Shown: positions 38,563 through 50,670 of the stretch, in pieces
How the letters are laid out: every line of letters starts with the position of its first letter
How positions within the stretch are numbered: the stretch's first letter is position 1
From: Lepidodermella squamata
Taxonomy: Eukaryota > Animalia > Gastrotricha
Assembly (NCBI GenBank): GCA_047495785.1
Contig: JBLDXI010000010.1
Coordinates: forward strand, 62,001-126,000
Length of the DNA: 64,000 bases
Reading direction: 5' to 3'
Made by a program: the position numbers and the translations under genes
The notes under the pieces: model-generated
Told to the model about the DNA's origin: nothing
The model's input: the letters and a program-made list of their open reading frames with translations, nothing else
The model's database searches: none

Positions 38563-39624
38563 TTAATTCATTTTCCTATACGAATCGCTAGTGGTTGTCG
38601 GTAATAAATCCGGAGGAGGCGGATAAGTACGATGAGCGACTCCATAAGCAGCCAGCTCAGCCTCGGTCAGTCGGGTAAGTTCACGATCGAGCTGTGCGGA
38701 TTTTAGACGCTCGCGGTTGGCAATCTTCGCCAAGCGCTCGATGACAGCCTCGGAGCCAGCCATTTTCTGTTTAGTGCCAGCAAGCTCCTTTTCCGCATCC
38801 ACAACTCTTTTGCGTAAGTAATCTAACTCTCGATTTGCAGATGTCAGCTTATCTTGTAGATTCTTCACGTCAGCAGGGCCTACAGTGAATACCGGAAGAG
38901 AAGTTGACACAGAAGTTCTTGTCCGACCCTCAAGATTCTTTTGGTTCCTCAATGTAGTTGGACTAAAGCTAGGACTCGCTCCTTGCTCTGTAAATTGGGC
39001 TAATTTGTTTTCAACTTCTTGAACCCGTTGATTAGCGGCGTTGAGTTGGCGCTTGTAGTATTCAACCAGTTTATTTACCGAAGCACGAGATAGTGACGAT
39101 AAAGGTTGATTGACGGCTTCAAAGACCTCTTGTCGTGCTCTTTGCAACATGCGAGTAACTTTCAACTCACGCTGGATAGCTTGTGTTTGTTCGAAAGAAT
39201 CCCGCATGGCGGCTCCGCGTAAATCATAGGCTAATTCTTGCTCTTCAGGCGACAGCTCTAAAGGCTTTCTTTCGTTGCCATATTTGTCTTTAGCTAGCGC
39301 CTCTTGACGCCTTAGAATTGCGATTCTCTCATCGACCATCCATCGCCAATGCTCTAGACCAGTAAGTAAGTTCTGAGCATGATTTAGAAGGCTCTCGCGC
39401 TCATTCGCGACCACACTACCACATGATTCCGCAGCTTGCAAGGTTTCTGAGGAATTGAGAGACTTGATGAATTCTGACTGTTTAACAACAAAGTCGTTAA
39501 TAATTTTCCGAGGGCCTTTGATTTGCTCAATCATCTCCCCTATTTCTCCACGAGTTTTGTCAGAAGCTATGGCTTCAATTTCAGCCTGCAGCTCTCGGCT
39601 GCTCTTAGCTTTCAGATTCTCCAT
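38563..39624 (-). CDS. Uncharacterised coiled-coil protein (353 aa, single coding exon)
   Basis: Long E/K/R/Q/L heptad-rich ORF; splice acceptor just upstream of the ATG. Confidence 0.8.
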   Translation of the reverse strand: MENLKAKSSRELQAEIEAIASDKTRGEIGEMIEQIKGPRKIINDFVVKQSEFIKSLNSSETLQAAESCGSVVANERESLLNHAQNLLTGLEHWRWMVDERIAILRRQEALAKDKYGNERKPLELSPEEQELAYDLRGAAMRDSFEQTQAIQRELKVTRMLQRARQEVFEAVNQPLSSLSRASVNKLVEYYKRQLNAANQRVQEVENKLAQFTEQGASPSFSPTTLRNQKNLEGRTRTSVSTSLPVFTVGPADVKNLQDKLTSANRELDYLRKRVVDAEKELAGTKQKMAGSEAVIERLAKIANRERLKSAQLDRELTRLTEAELAAYGVAHRTYPPPPDLLPTTTSDSYRKMN

Positions 39625-40048
39625 ATTTAAACGCTAACTAAAAGGAAACAAGTACAGTGTTACAGCTTTATAACAAATGTAACAGATGAGTTATAAGGTG
39701 CAATTTATCATGCTTAAAAATCACTATCCGAAAATGTTCTTCCATTTGAATGAGAACAAATATAAACAATAGCTACGAACACACCGATAACTTAAATCGG
39801 TTTTGCAGCTTCTTGTATTCAGGATCTTCGTAGGACCGCTAAAGCGTCCGTGGAGTTGTCTAGCAAAATGTAGAATATATAAAAATGTGTAATACTACTT
39901 TTAAAAATATATATGTATGCAACTCATTTTTAATGTCAAGTACGCACATGTAGCGCGTTCTTGGAGATCGCTTTGTCGACACATGGTAGTTTTTAGTCGG
40001 AGGTATGTGTTCGCGGGGTCTCTGCTAGGGAAACGGGGATAACTCGGC

Positions 40049-43000
40049 ATGACTCCACCTATCTTTGCTCTTCACAAGATTCCAAATGGCTTGATATGTG
40101 GATGCTGTCTCCAAAATCCTTCGCCGCAGATTAAAGTATGTAATATAACAATTTCATGATATTGCCTATTGCATATTGCCTACTAATTATTGCATGTTCT
40201 TTAACAGGAATTCGGAATATCCGGTCCTCATGACATCGAATCGTTCATTGCAGATTCGAGTAATCAACTAGTTTATTTGTTGGGAAAGGGCCGGAAGTCT
40301 TTGTCTTACTGGAGAATCCCGCTAGAATTCTTGCCAGGTTTGTCATTACTTTCATCTCATCTACTAATATTTACTGGGGAAAACTTTTTTCATCCGACCA
40401 ATGTCTTTTTTTATTCGACCAATGTCTTATTTCATCCGACAACCAAAAATGTGACTAAAACCTGCCGACTTGCTTTTTCATATTTTCAAAAAATTACAGT
40501 GAAAAAGTGACAACTAGGATCGCCATAAATCTTTTCCCATAAAATTCTGCCGGTTCAGGGGCCAAATTAGGGTGCATAAAAGGGGTACTTTCCTACGGAA
40601 AAATCTAACTCGGGGGAATACGAGAAAATCGATATTTTCATGTCGGATGAATTTAGTCACATTTTTGGTTGTCGGATGAAATAAGACATTGGTCGGATAA
40701 AAAAAGACATTGGTCGGATGAAAAAAGTCACACCCTATTTACTCTCTCATCCTATATTTACTATTTCAGATCATGTTTACAAGTGCCAGGCGACCGACAA
40801 TTACTCAAGTCCTCAGATCGAACGACTGTTCTCTTTTAATCTCGATCACTCGAAAGCTGCGTTGTTTTTGTACTCCTTTCAACTTAACATTTATGATCTG
40901 GGCGACGAATCGTTGAAAATATGCAGCGTTATTGATACATGTGGCCAGGCTGTTATCGATGCCAAGTTCCACAGCAGCATTTCTGATGTTCTCATATACC
41001 TTTGTCAAGATCGCTCTTTCAAGGTAAAGCCATTAAAATTGATGATATCAAGCCAAACAATTTCTCATCCATTAACAGATTTATAACATTTCTACTGGGA
41101 TACCGATTTTCGAATCGCACATCATTTCAGGCCTTGGCCCTTGTTCTCTTTCAGTTTCTCCGCTAAGCAAGCAAATTTCAATTGCTTTCACAAGTGGCAC
41201 GGTTGGTTGCGATTTTTAATTTCTTTAGAGAAAATCATGTCAATTTATTCAAGGTTATTGGATATGACCTCGTTGCAACAAAGCCCACCTCTGCCTCGGA
41301 AATGCCTGCTAATTTATTTCAGTTGGACCTTTTCAAGAAAGTTTCCTCCTTCCAGCAAAAACAATCAGCAAATATCGTTATTCTGCAAAATTTGCCTATC
41401 ACGATGCCAAGTTATGCTGCTGGCGCGCATTCTCGCGACGTTCATTTTGGAAAAGTATACCCATCGTCCGATTCTCCCGGCGAGATCTCATCAGATGAGG
41501 AAATCCAAATTCTATCAATAAGTTACTTCTCGAGATCGCTCAAAGCCACAAGAGATAGCCGAAATATCCATGGAAACAAGCACTACTCTGAGTTAGTTAT
41601 ACTCCGTATCAGTTAATATTAGACTTTGACGACCAATCATTTTTTCTTAGTGAAATCCGGTCAACTGCTCAATGTTTAGCGATTCTTTTACCTGCTTTCA
41701 TTATCGAGTTCAATTTGACTAACCTTGAGATCGAGCGTATTATACAGCTACCTGAGCGAGTTTTAAGTGGTTCATTCGTTAAAGATGAGGACCGCCTTTT
41801 GTGTATGTATTTATCGCCAAAATCAACCACAATACTTTTGCTGAGCGACGAAAGCGATGAATTAAGGAGTTTGGATCCCATGCCGTTGGAGAGTCTCAGT
41901 ATGGTTGCGAGCGAGCAGTTGTTGCCTGGAAGTGTTCTACGAACGGCTAAATTACAAGCTTCTAAACCAAAAGAGAAACCGCCTCAGCTCTACAAACCGA
42001 TATCACAGATTAACCGAAGACCCGGCACTTTGGATAAAAAGGGCAAAATAATTGACAACCAGCCTATTACATTTCACAACAAAGTGAAATCATCAGGATA
42101 TGCAGCGCTGAAGCCATTTACAAATGGTTCCCAGCAAAAGAGCTCCTTGAAACCGCTAGGAAGATCTCAGTCAAGTGACACAAAACCTCGGCAATTTTCG
42201 GATAAAATAGCAAGCACAGCCAGTTATCCAATGACTGGGCCTCCACCGTCTCAGTTAAACGGTGTTTTAGCCCTATCGGAGCGGCAAACTTGCATTGCAT
42301 CTCTTCAATCTAGCTGTGATGGAAAGCTACTGGCATTCTCTATGACTGATGGTTTGATAGGGGTAGTTTCACCGAAATCGCTTACTAACCCGCGAATGTT
42401 CGTTCACCATCGCCAAGCTGTTAGACGAGTTTCAGTTAGCAAAGGCTCATGGCTAGCTGGAGCTAGCGACGACGGCACTGCCTCGTTTTGGTCTCTCCAA
42501 ACCGGTGAACGTGTGCTAGATTTGCTGAATGAAAATGAACAGCCTTTCAAAAAACCTATCAGCCACATTCAGTTCTATTACATGGACCAATTTTTGATAG
42601 CTGCGATCGGAAGTAACTTGCATTTGTCCTCGTACGGCTTTACCACAGAAAAATCTGACGTGAAACGGTATCAAACGAACAGCGCGGTGAAACGCGTTTT
42701 TGATCTAGAACTAGGATCAACGATCTCATCAGTGGGCGCTGCTAATTCCTTTCATTCTTACCTCGCAATTTGCGGCACTTCAGACCATTCTGTGAACATT
42801 GTCGATTTCAATGTTGGCAAAGTCGTGAGTAAAATCGAAGAAGCGCATTCAAAATCGGTTGCGAATGTCACCCTAGCTGCCGATGCTGTGGCTTTTTCGG
42901 CTGTTCCTCAGTCTGTTTACAATTTGTATGCGACAAATGCGATTGGTGACGTCATCAAATTTTGGGATTTGCGCGACAACAAACCGGTGCGATGCTTTCA

Positions 43001-43335
43001 GGGCCACGCACACCGATCATGCCCATTCGTCAATATTGCGTTCTCACCCTGCGCAAGATTTCTGGCCAGCGGATCTGAGGATAGATCGGTATATGAGTTA
43101 TAAAATTGATAAAAAATTCCATTAATTTGTTCAATTTCAGGCTTATATTTTCGACATTCGGGCTGACCGGCCGGTTTGCAAGTTGGAGGGAGGTGTGATA
43201 GCGAGTCAGAGCAGCGCTTCAATCCGGCACAGTGAAACTGTGACTTGTGTGGCCTTTAACCCCGCTCACCCGCAATTTTTCGCCTCGACTTTGGACGGTT
43301 CATTGTACCGCTATAGCAACGCGACAAAAACGTGA
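40049..43335 (+). CDS. WDR27: WD repeat-containing protein 27
   Basis: Six exons; KVKSSGYA, QFYYMDQF, NSFHSYL, YNLYATNAIGD and AFSPCARFLASGSEDR motifs; TGA at 43333-43335. Confidence 0.85.
40376..40735. mobile_element. MITE with ~85-bp TIRs and 8-bp TSD (Merlin/MULE/hAT-type) in a WDR27 intron
   Basis: GGG..CCC termini; TATTTACT on both flanks; near-perfect inverted repeat of CATCCGACCAATGTCTT units. Confidence 0.85.
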
Positions 43336-44111
43336 TAATAAAACATGTTTTCGAGTTCACCTCGAGTGTGTTTTTCAGACACCTGATAAGAACAGTTCAT
43401 GCTTATTATTTGTATTCTTCATCAATTTTATTCGCGGCTGTCAACAACACAGACAAATGATAAAACACACCGGGACATACTTCAATATCGTATTTTCTCG
43501 ACTTCATTTTTTTTAATAATTTATAACAATGCGCATTCGATGGTGTCAAGCCTACGTACCCTCGACAAAAATGGACGATGGAAAAACACAGATTTTTCTA
43601 GAATATTAAAGTACCTACGAAGAGATGCTGAGAAAATTTCTCAATACTGAAGTATTTTACGTGGCTTTTTTCTGTTTCTTTTTTTCAAAGATGGCACCGT
43701 CATTATCAAGGCGAAGTTAATAAGCTAAGTCATAGCAACAACAACGTACAAATAAGAAGAATAATTAATAATTACTATCATCATCATCATCGAATCAACG
43801 TGACAAACAAAACCAGTGAGAGTGAGAGAACAACTCGATTGAACACACCTTTTTTTGTAGAGAGCAGTTTTTCTTCCAATAAATTCGATGCTGCTTCAAC
43901 ATAAACAACGAGGCGAGATATACACAAACAAGCAGGTACCCGCACAATTTTTACTGAAAAACCGTTCATCCGAGTATTTTCCCAGCAAAAAATCGGATCA
44001 TCATTTCGGATTGCAACGACGCATTATATTTTCCAATTTTTTTTCAATTCAAGAAGGCGTTATAAATGATAGCGCAATAGAAAGACTAAATTATAGTAAT
44101 AATGTGATCTG

Positions 44112-46559
44112 CTACTGCTGTGAAATTTCAGCGACGATTGACGTTGGACACGATTGACTGGCAGCGGCGCGATAGTCGACGTTAGAATCCGAGTTCGGCC
44201 CAACCCGGTACCGGTCATTCGCGTGACCCGGCGACAGCATGTTGTTCAGACCAGCCAGGGCCTTGTTAGGTCTCAGGCCCTTCTTCAAGGTGGACGGACT
44301 CGCGTTTTCGGCCGGGCAGCTGTGCCGGCTAGCCGCAACCGCAGATTCGGCAGCTAGTTGTTTAATCGCGGACGACCGGCTGCCAGGGTGTTTGAACGGG
44401 AAGCATGACAAGAGCGCGGCTTTAGTCGCCGATCGGTGGTTGCCGCTCTGTTTCACCGTAGGCAGCGGCGGCGCGTTCATTGGCGGCGACGGCTTTTTCA
44501 CAATGTCATCGTCGACGCTTTTCGACGACGGCATTTTCACATCCGCTTTCGGCCAGAAAATAACCCCGGTTGATTGAGTCACATCTCGAGATGGCGTAGG
44601 CTCGTAATTGTTATTCACCGCTTTCGCTACCGGCAACGCAGGCTGCTCAAGTTCACCCGGTAAGCCCCCGGAGCGAAGTCGAAATAACCCTGAAAAAATA
44701 GCAATAATTAATGAAAAAAATCGGAATTTTTTTAACCGCAATATTTACCGTCAGTCGGCTTAGAGTCGGCTTGTTGGTTTTTCGAGGTGGAAAACAGTCC
44801 TCGCGATTTTTTCTTCGTTTTTTTCTGCTGCTGTTCCAGCAATTTCGCATCTTCCTTCGGTATATCGACCGACAACTGACCTCCAGATGTAACCGGCAGT
44901 GACTTGCCTTGAGACGCCGGCACGTACTCGTAAGGATTTTGCGATTTCGACGAGCCGACCAAACGCTCTTGAGCCACCTGATTTTGTTTAAACGCCGCCT
45001 CGATTTTCGCTTTCATAGAATCCTCTATAAACAAATTTAAAATATTAAAATTTTTAAAAAAAATTGCGAAACAAACCTGTGGAAGGCTTATCATGTTGAG
45101 TAGCCGGTACGAGTAAATTGGAAGAAACAGGCGTTTGCGGTGGCTGTTGAGCAGGGTTTAGCGATGATGTGCCGGCGGGTTGCGATTGCTGAGAAGGCGG
45201 CGGCAGCGCGGTTTGGTCGGAGCCAAGGGCGAATTCGCGCTCACTTCGACGCGACCGCCGGTGCCGCCGCAACGAATCACCGCCAGATTTTAGGCGCCTA
45301 GCGACGCACGAAGAAGGTTGCTGCTGTTGTTGCCGAGACTGGTAAAATAACTAAAATAAAAAAATAAAAAAAATTATAAAAAAATCCTCCTTAAAAAATT
45401 TGTTTCAATTCGAAATTTCGCGAATTTTTCGGAAATCAGGGAATTTTTTTCGAAGACTCACAAAGTAATTTTCCTCGCTATCCGAGGTTCCTGAGGAGCA
45501 AGAATCGCTATTGCTATTGGTGTTGCTGCCGGCGTCGGTGAGGCCGGTCGAAGCGCAGCCGACGGTGCCGTTTGAGCATGAGACCGCCGAGCGGATGGCT
45601 GCGTCGAAGGCGATGAACGAGCGCGGGCAAGCGAAACTGAGACCAATTTGAGAGGGCGCCGCGCCCGCGGCGAAACGGCTCGTCGACTTGCCGCCGGCCT
45701 GGTGCCGCGGCCGCATCGGCGACGCCGCTATTGGTTCGAGCAGGTCGGACGATAGGTACACGAATAGTGGACGGGTTGGAACATACGTGGTCGACGAAGT
45801 GAGCAAGTAATCCATGATCAACTACAAAAAAATAATTGAAATGATTAATAAAAAATATTTCCGAAAATCGAAATTTTTTAAATCAAATTCTTGAATTTTT
45901 TTTCCATTTCCACGCATTTTCGGCGTAGGTTAAGTTGATAATCCTGTTGATAATCACATCAGAAGTTTTCAGGCTGTTTAACATGCCAGCTCTTTCGTAA
46001 GATTTGGCTCACTAACAAGGCACCCATGAGAAACGGCCATATTCACGCGTTATGAACGTGTAATCCCACGTGGTGAGGCGCATTCAACCCAATTCATGCG
46101 TAAAAGGCCCTACATGTGCACGAACTTGATAACATGAATAACATGAGATAGCTAGAAAATAATAATTAAAAAATGTTAATTAGCTGGTTTTATTTAGGTT
46201 AAAGGTGCAAAGCGTAATTTCCGGAAAATACTATAAAAAATTGAAAATTATTAAAATTAATAACCTAAGGTCGAAAATATTATTCCGGATGCGAGAAAAC
46301 GGAAAATTTTTGAAATCCACCAAAATTGATGGAAAATACGAGTAAAAAATGTTGAAGCTAAAAAAATTCGAATATGTGAAGTGGGTTCAAAACCATCGAA
46401 TTTTGGTCCCTTTTTCATATGTTTTTAGACTCAATTGTTTCTTACCTCTTTAGTGAATGCATCCATAGCTTGAATACTGTAGCAATCAGTCCCACTGGTC
46501 GTTCTGCGGCGGACAACGCGGCCCGCCAGCTGCCGGCTCGGCTCGGCGACTTTCCACAT
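44112..46559 (-). CDS. Five-exon low-complexity, adaptor-like protein (start codon tentative)
   Basis: Exons 46559-46446, 45821-45462, 45338-45077, 45024-44749 and 44689-44112 splice in frame; P/S/Q-rich with tyrosine motifs NPYEYV and NNNYEP. Confidence 0.7.
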
Positions 46560-47654
46560 CGAAATGGCATGGTCGCGCAGCAGGACGCTGAGCTCGGCCG
46601 CGGCTAAAATCGCAACATCTCCACCCGTTGGCGGGTCGACGGGAGCAGCCAGGTCAGCCAGTCGTTAACACAATACAAAAATAGTCGTAATAATAATAGT
46701 AATAATAACGACGTGTCGACGCCAGATCAGTTGGGGCTTCTAAACGGGAGAAAAAACAGGACAATGAATGAAATATAACAGCTTGTGTCATAAGGGACGG
46801 CGAACTCAGTGTGTACGACACGAGGCGGAAGTTGCAATAGTAGCCAACTGGGACGACTACGAAGATAATAACTTGAAGACGAATAGTGCAGAGGCCGCCG
46901 CCGTAAGTAAACACTAGTTATCTCGTTCAAGAATGGCCCCTTTTGGACTGTTCTCTCCTGTCTGACATTATGACAGTGTCGAGCGAGAGCACAGGGGAAA
47001 AAAACGTAATGCAAGAACGAACGCATAAAGGTTATCTCGCCTTATAACGTGGGCGTAACACAAAAACCTACTCATTTTTTTGCCTGCTGTAATAACAATA
47101 CACTAATCTAGCTAGATGGTTTTAGCTGTTAACGCTCGCCATTGTTAAGATTGCATTAATAATAATAAAACTCGACCAGTCACAGTCATAGCCCACAACG
47201 TGAAAAAGTATACCAGCCCACCTTTGAAGGTAAATTCTATTGAGGTATACATATACAAGACGTTGCGTAGGCTTTTTCGGCATATTTATATTCACCGCGG
47301 TAGGAAAAAAGCTGGGTCTAAACGTCGACTAATAGGCGCTCTTATCAACACGCGCGTTAACATCTGCTATTATTTCGATATATATGCAGCTGCAGCATTT
47401 TTCATTCATAAATTGCGCCGCGTCTTCTTCATTCATAAAACGCACCGGTGTGTTGAGGAAGTTGAAGCAAATTATTCACGACTTTAGATTAAACACCTAT
47501 TCACACAAAAAATAAGACGTGCATAAATTAACGTGAAATTGATATCATCCAAACTCAACAAACTCCGCCGAGTAAAACCATAAAAAAGTTTGACAATAAA
47601 AAAATTGGCAGTATAATTATTCGTGCATAAGTTTGAGCTTTGAGGTCGATTCTC

Positions 47655-48068
47655 TCACTCCTTCTCCCAACAAAGATTCTTCTCGTAGAAATCAATGACT
47701 AATTGAGGATATTTGAGGTTCGCTTCACTCGCTGTCACCAGTTCAGCTTCAAAAACGCCTTTTCGCTTGACTAGAAACATTAACCCGCCGAATTCATCAG
47801 TCGCGCCTAGAATTTCCTCAGCGGTAGAACGGTCGAGAGTTTTACTATGACTTTCATCGATTGCTTTCGAGTTTTTGAGGTAATCCATCAGTAAATTGTT
47901 AGACGTGAGCCGTAAATTCGACTCGGGCTCCCACGAATTCGAAGATGAACCTCGCCATTTGACTAGAAATTGAGTTTTTCCATTAACTTTCCGGTGCGAC
48001 AAAATTTGTTCGATCTCGAATTCTTCGCACGAATCCGATTCGAAAGCCGGAGTTGAGTTTGCGGCCAT
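47655..48068 (-). CDS. HP1-like protein A: chromo + chromoshadow domains, short hinge (137 aa)
   Basis: [22 protein letters not shown]; AEEILGATD...MFLVK...[15 protein letters not shown]. Confidence 0.92.
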   Translation of the reverse strand: MAANSTPAFESDSCEEFEIEQILSHRKVNGKTQFLVKWRGSSSNSWEPESNLRLTSNNLLMDYLKNSKAIDESHSKTLDRSTAEEILGATDEFGGLMFLVKRKGVFEAELVTASEANLKYPQLVIDFYEKNLCWEKE

Positions 48069-48538
48069 GTACAAAAAAGCAGTAAAATCTATAAAAAAAA
48101 TGAATCAGCAATTAGCAAATTATCACTATTTTATTTAATTGAGCGATTAATTAGGGCAGATTTTTTTGCTTTCAATTTTCATAAAATTCAACAACGAAAA
48201 TTGCATCACGCAACGAGAAACAACCTGTAATGAATTAACGTGCACTACATCCCATGTCACCACAACCAGCTGTTTTTATTTTTTCAAATTTATATCGGCG
48301 ACTTGACAGATATGCAGTTAATGCAGAACACGAAGACAAAAAAATATACAACCACGAAAAATTGAGTTTTTTATACAAATATTAGCCAACATTCAAAATG
48401 TTCCAAGAAATCTAGCTTGAGCATTGTGAATTTTACGGCTTAAAAGTTTATTTATTTATGCAAAGGCAAAAAATGCACGAATTTGCAAAAGTTTTTGTCT
48501 CAAAAAAATCAAAATGCAAATTTATTTAGGCAATAAAT

Positions 48539-49354
48539 TCAGGCATCGACCGATCGCGGATGCTGGGCAAGCGTTTCCGGCGCGTCCCACGAGATCCTCT
48601 CCTCGTAAAAATCCAGCACGAGATCGGTGATTTTCACATTCGCCTCGCTGGCCGGGATAAGATCAGCCTCAACAGCACCCTTCCATTTGACTAGGAACAT
48701 TAACTCACCATAATCTTTCGTGGCGCCCAAAATTTTCTCAGCGGGATATCCTTTATCAAACCCGAGCGCTTCAGGCTTTTCGGATTTTTTCGACTTTTTC
48801 GGCGATATTGGCAGGGCAGTTGGTTGTGCGAAAACTGGGGCAGGGGCGGGGGCAGGTTCGTTGCTGCTATTGCTCACCTCCATTTCGGCAGTTTGATTCA
48901 CGCTCAAATTCACAGAATTGCTATCCGTCGTTTCGTTATTAGGTTTCGGCTCTACGTCCTCGTCCGAATCAGATTCGATCCGAACTTTCGCCTTCATCGA
49001 CTTGCGAGTGGTTGAAGATGTATTCGACGAAATTGAAGACGCTCGGCTGAAGGCGCCGAGTGACTTGCGGCGGGGCGGCTTTTCTTTCTCGACTTCTTTC
49101 TTTTTGGATACAATTCCTAGCTTGACGCGTTTGTACTTTTCCGTTCGCTTGAATTCGCGCAGTATATCCGGACAGCCGCTGAGATTCTCCTCAGGCTCCC
49201 ACGTGTTTTCTTCATCGCCGTAATTCTTCCATTTAACGAAGTACTTCATTGTGTTCTTTTCCACTCTACATTTCAAAATTTTCTCCACTTCGAAAATTTC
49301 ATCTTCTGATGAGTGAGTCTCGTCCTCGGTAGTTGAAGGCCTTTTATTTCTCAT
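48539..49354 (-). CDS. HP1-like protein B: chromo + chromoshadow domains (271 aa)
   Basis: FEVEKIL..YFVKWKNY..NTWEPEENL; GFDKGYPAEKILGAT..MFLVKWKG..FYEERISW. Confidence 0.95.
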   Translation of the reverse strand: MRNKRPSTTEDETHSSEDEIFEVEKILKCRVEKNTMKYFVKWKNYGDEENTWEPEENLSGCPDILREFKRTEKYKRVKLGIVSKKKEVEKEKPPRRKSLGAFSRASSISSNTSSTTRKSMKAKVRIESDSDEDVEPKPNNETTDSNSVNLSVNQTAEMEVSNSSNEPAPAPAPVFAQPTALPISPKKSKKSEKPEALGFDKGYPAEKILGATKDYGELMFLVKWKGAVEADLIPASEANVKITDLVLDFYEERISWDAPETLAQHPRSVDA

Positions 49355-49476
49355 TTTTGATTAAACCTCTAGTAAAAAAAACGCATAAATAAAACGATGA
49401 GAACATTTTAATGAGGTCAGAATGAAAGAAACGCGATGAGATTGAAAGAAAAAGCAGTTAAATTAGCGGAATCGAT

Positions 49477-49683
49477 TCAAACCGCCGCTGTTGGGTTGTT
49501 TTCCCTGAATTGCTGCAGCAATTCCTTGCAGTCGCGGAGATTTTCCTCAGGCTCCCAGGTGTTGTCGTCGTCGGTGTAGCTTTCCCATTTCACATAGTAA
49601 AAAGTCTTCCCGTTCTCAACTTTGCTCTTGATGATTTTCTCGACAACAAAGAGATCTTCCTCACTCGAGACGCTGCTTTCCAT
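49477..49683 (-). CDS. Chromodomain-only micro-protein C (68 aa)
   Basis: aaaATG MESSVSSEEDLFVVEKII..YYVKWESYTDDDNTWEPEENL; stop shortly after the domain. Confidence 0.85.
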   Translation of the reverse strand: MESSVSSEEDLFVVEKIIKSKVENGKTFYYVKWESYTDDDNTWEPEENLRDCKELLQQFRENNPTAAV

Positions 49684-49806
49684 TTTGTGTGTGTTAAATT
49701 CTACGTTGAAAAATGATGAAATTTTGAGATTATTTAATTGAGCGCAACTGTAAACTATTGATAGCCAAAACAATGAAAAAAGATGTACAGAATGATTTGT
49801 AAGAGC

Positions 49807-50544
49807 TCAAGGTAAAGCAATTTCACACTGGGCCGTGTCGCTGTTGTAGCAAAATCGTTCTTCGTAAAAATCGAGAACGAGATTCGGGCATTTCGAATTC
49901 GCCTCGTCGGCTAAAATCAAATCAGCTTCGTCGACGCCCTTCCACTTGACTAGAAACATCAAAGCGCCGTTTTTAAATTCGTTCGTCGCGCCGAGAATTT
50001 TCTCAGCCTCGTAGCCCTTGTCAAAACCAAGTTTTTCCTCGGCATCATTCTCGGCGGCGGTGGAATTTTCGATATTAGACACAGGCCGTGAATTCGTTGA
50101 TAAAACCGACTGGTAATCCGACTCAGATTCACTCATTTGTAAAACAGGTACGTTGTGATTAATCGGCTCATCGCCAGCTATTTCGTAAACATCATCAGCT
50201 TCCATTACACTGGACGAACTAGCGATTCCAGATTCGGAAGATGTCGCAACGACTTGAGGCGGCTCACTCGTTGTTGATTTCGAAGAATGAGATTGCGGTT
50301 TCGAAATTCCACGCATTTGCAGCGCGATTTCAGCCCTACGTTGTTTGCCAAGAGGAGACTCGAAAAATTCGTCGATTAGCAGGGGGCAATTCGTTAGAGA
50401 TGCTGGCTCCCATGTATTTTCTTCAGGTGGGTAATTTTCCCACTTGATATGATATTCGATCCGGCCGTCTTGGTATCTACAATCCAAAACTGCCTCGACA
50501 ACGAAAACCTCCTCCTTCACCTGCTTCCGTTTCCTTTTAGGCAT
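49807..50544 (-). CDS. HP1-like protein D: chromo + chromoshadow domains (245 aa)
   Basis: MPKRKRK NLS; FVVEAVL..YHIKWENY..NTWEP; GFDKGYEAEKILGAT..MFLVKWKG..FYEERFCY. Confidence 0.95.
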   Translation of the reverse strand: MPKRKRKQVKEEVFVVEAVLDCRYQDGRIEYHIKWENYPPEENTWEPASLTNCPLLIDEFFESPLGKQRRAEIALQMRGISKPQSHSSKSTTSEPPQVVATSSESGIASSSSVMEADDVYEIAGDEPINHNVPVLQMSESESDYQSVLSTNSRPVSNIENSTAAENDAEEKLGFDKGYEAEKILGATNEFKNGALMFLVKWKGVDEADLILADEANSKCPNLVLDFYEERFCYNSDTAQCEIALP

Positions 50545-50670
50545 TTTTAATAAGTAAAAGCCTAGAAAAGAATGAACATGATATAGCGGCGGAATTAGAA
50601 AAAATGGATGAAAATTATTGTAAATTGAGCATGACAGCGATAGTATCAAGAGTTCAGTCAGTTGAGCAAA

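Noticed and set aside
45740-46559. RasGEF N-terminal (REM) domain in the 44-46.5 kb gene
   Set aside because: Only a vague DYLLT..YVP resemblance, and no CDC25 domain follows
47655-50544. Chromodomains as fragments of chromovirus or Polinton integrases
   Set aside because: Three of four have chromoshadow domains, no integrase core is adjacent, and they lie outside the inverted repeats
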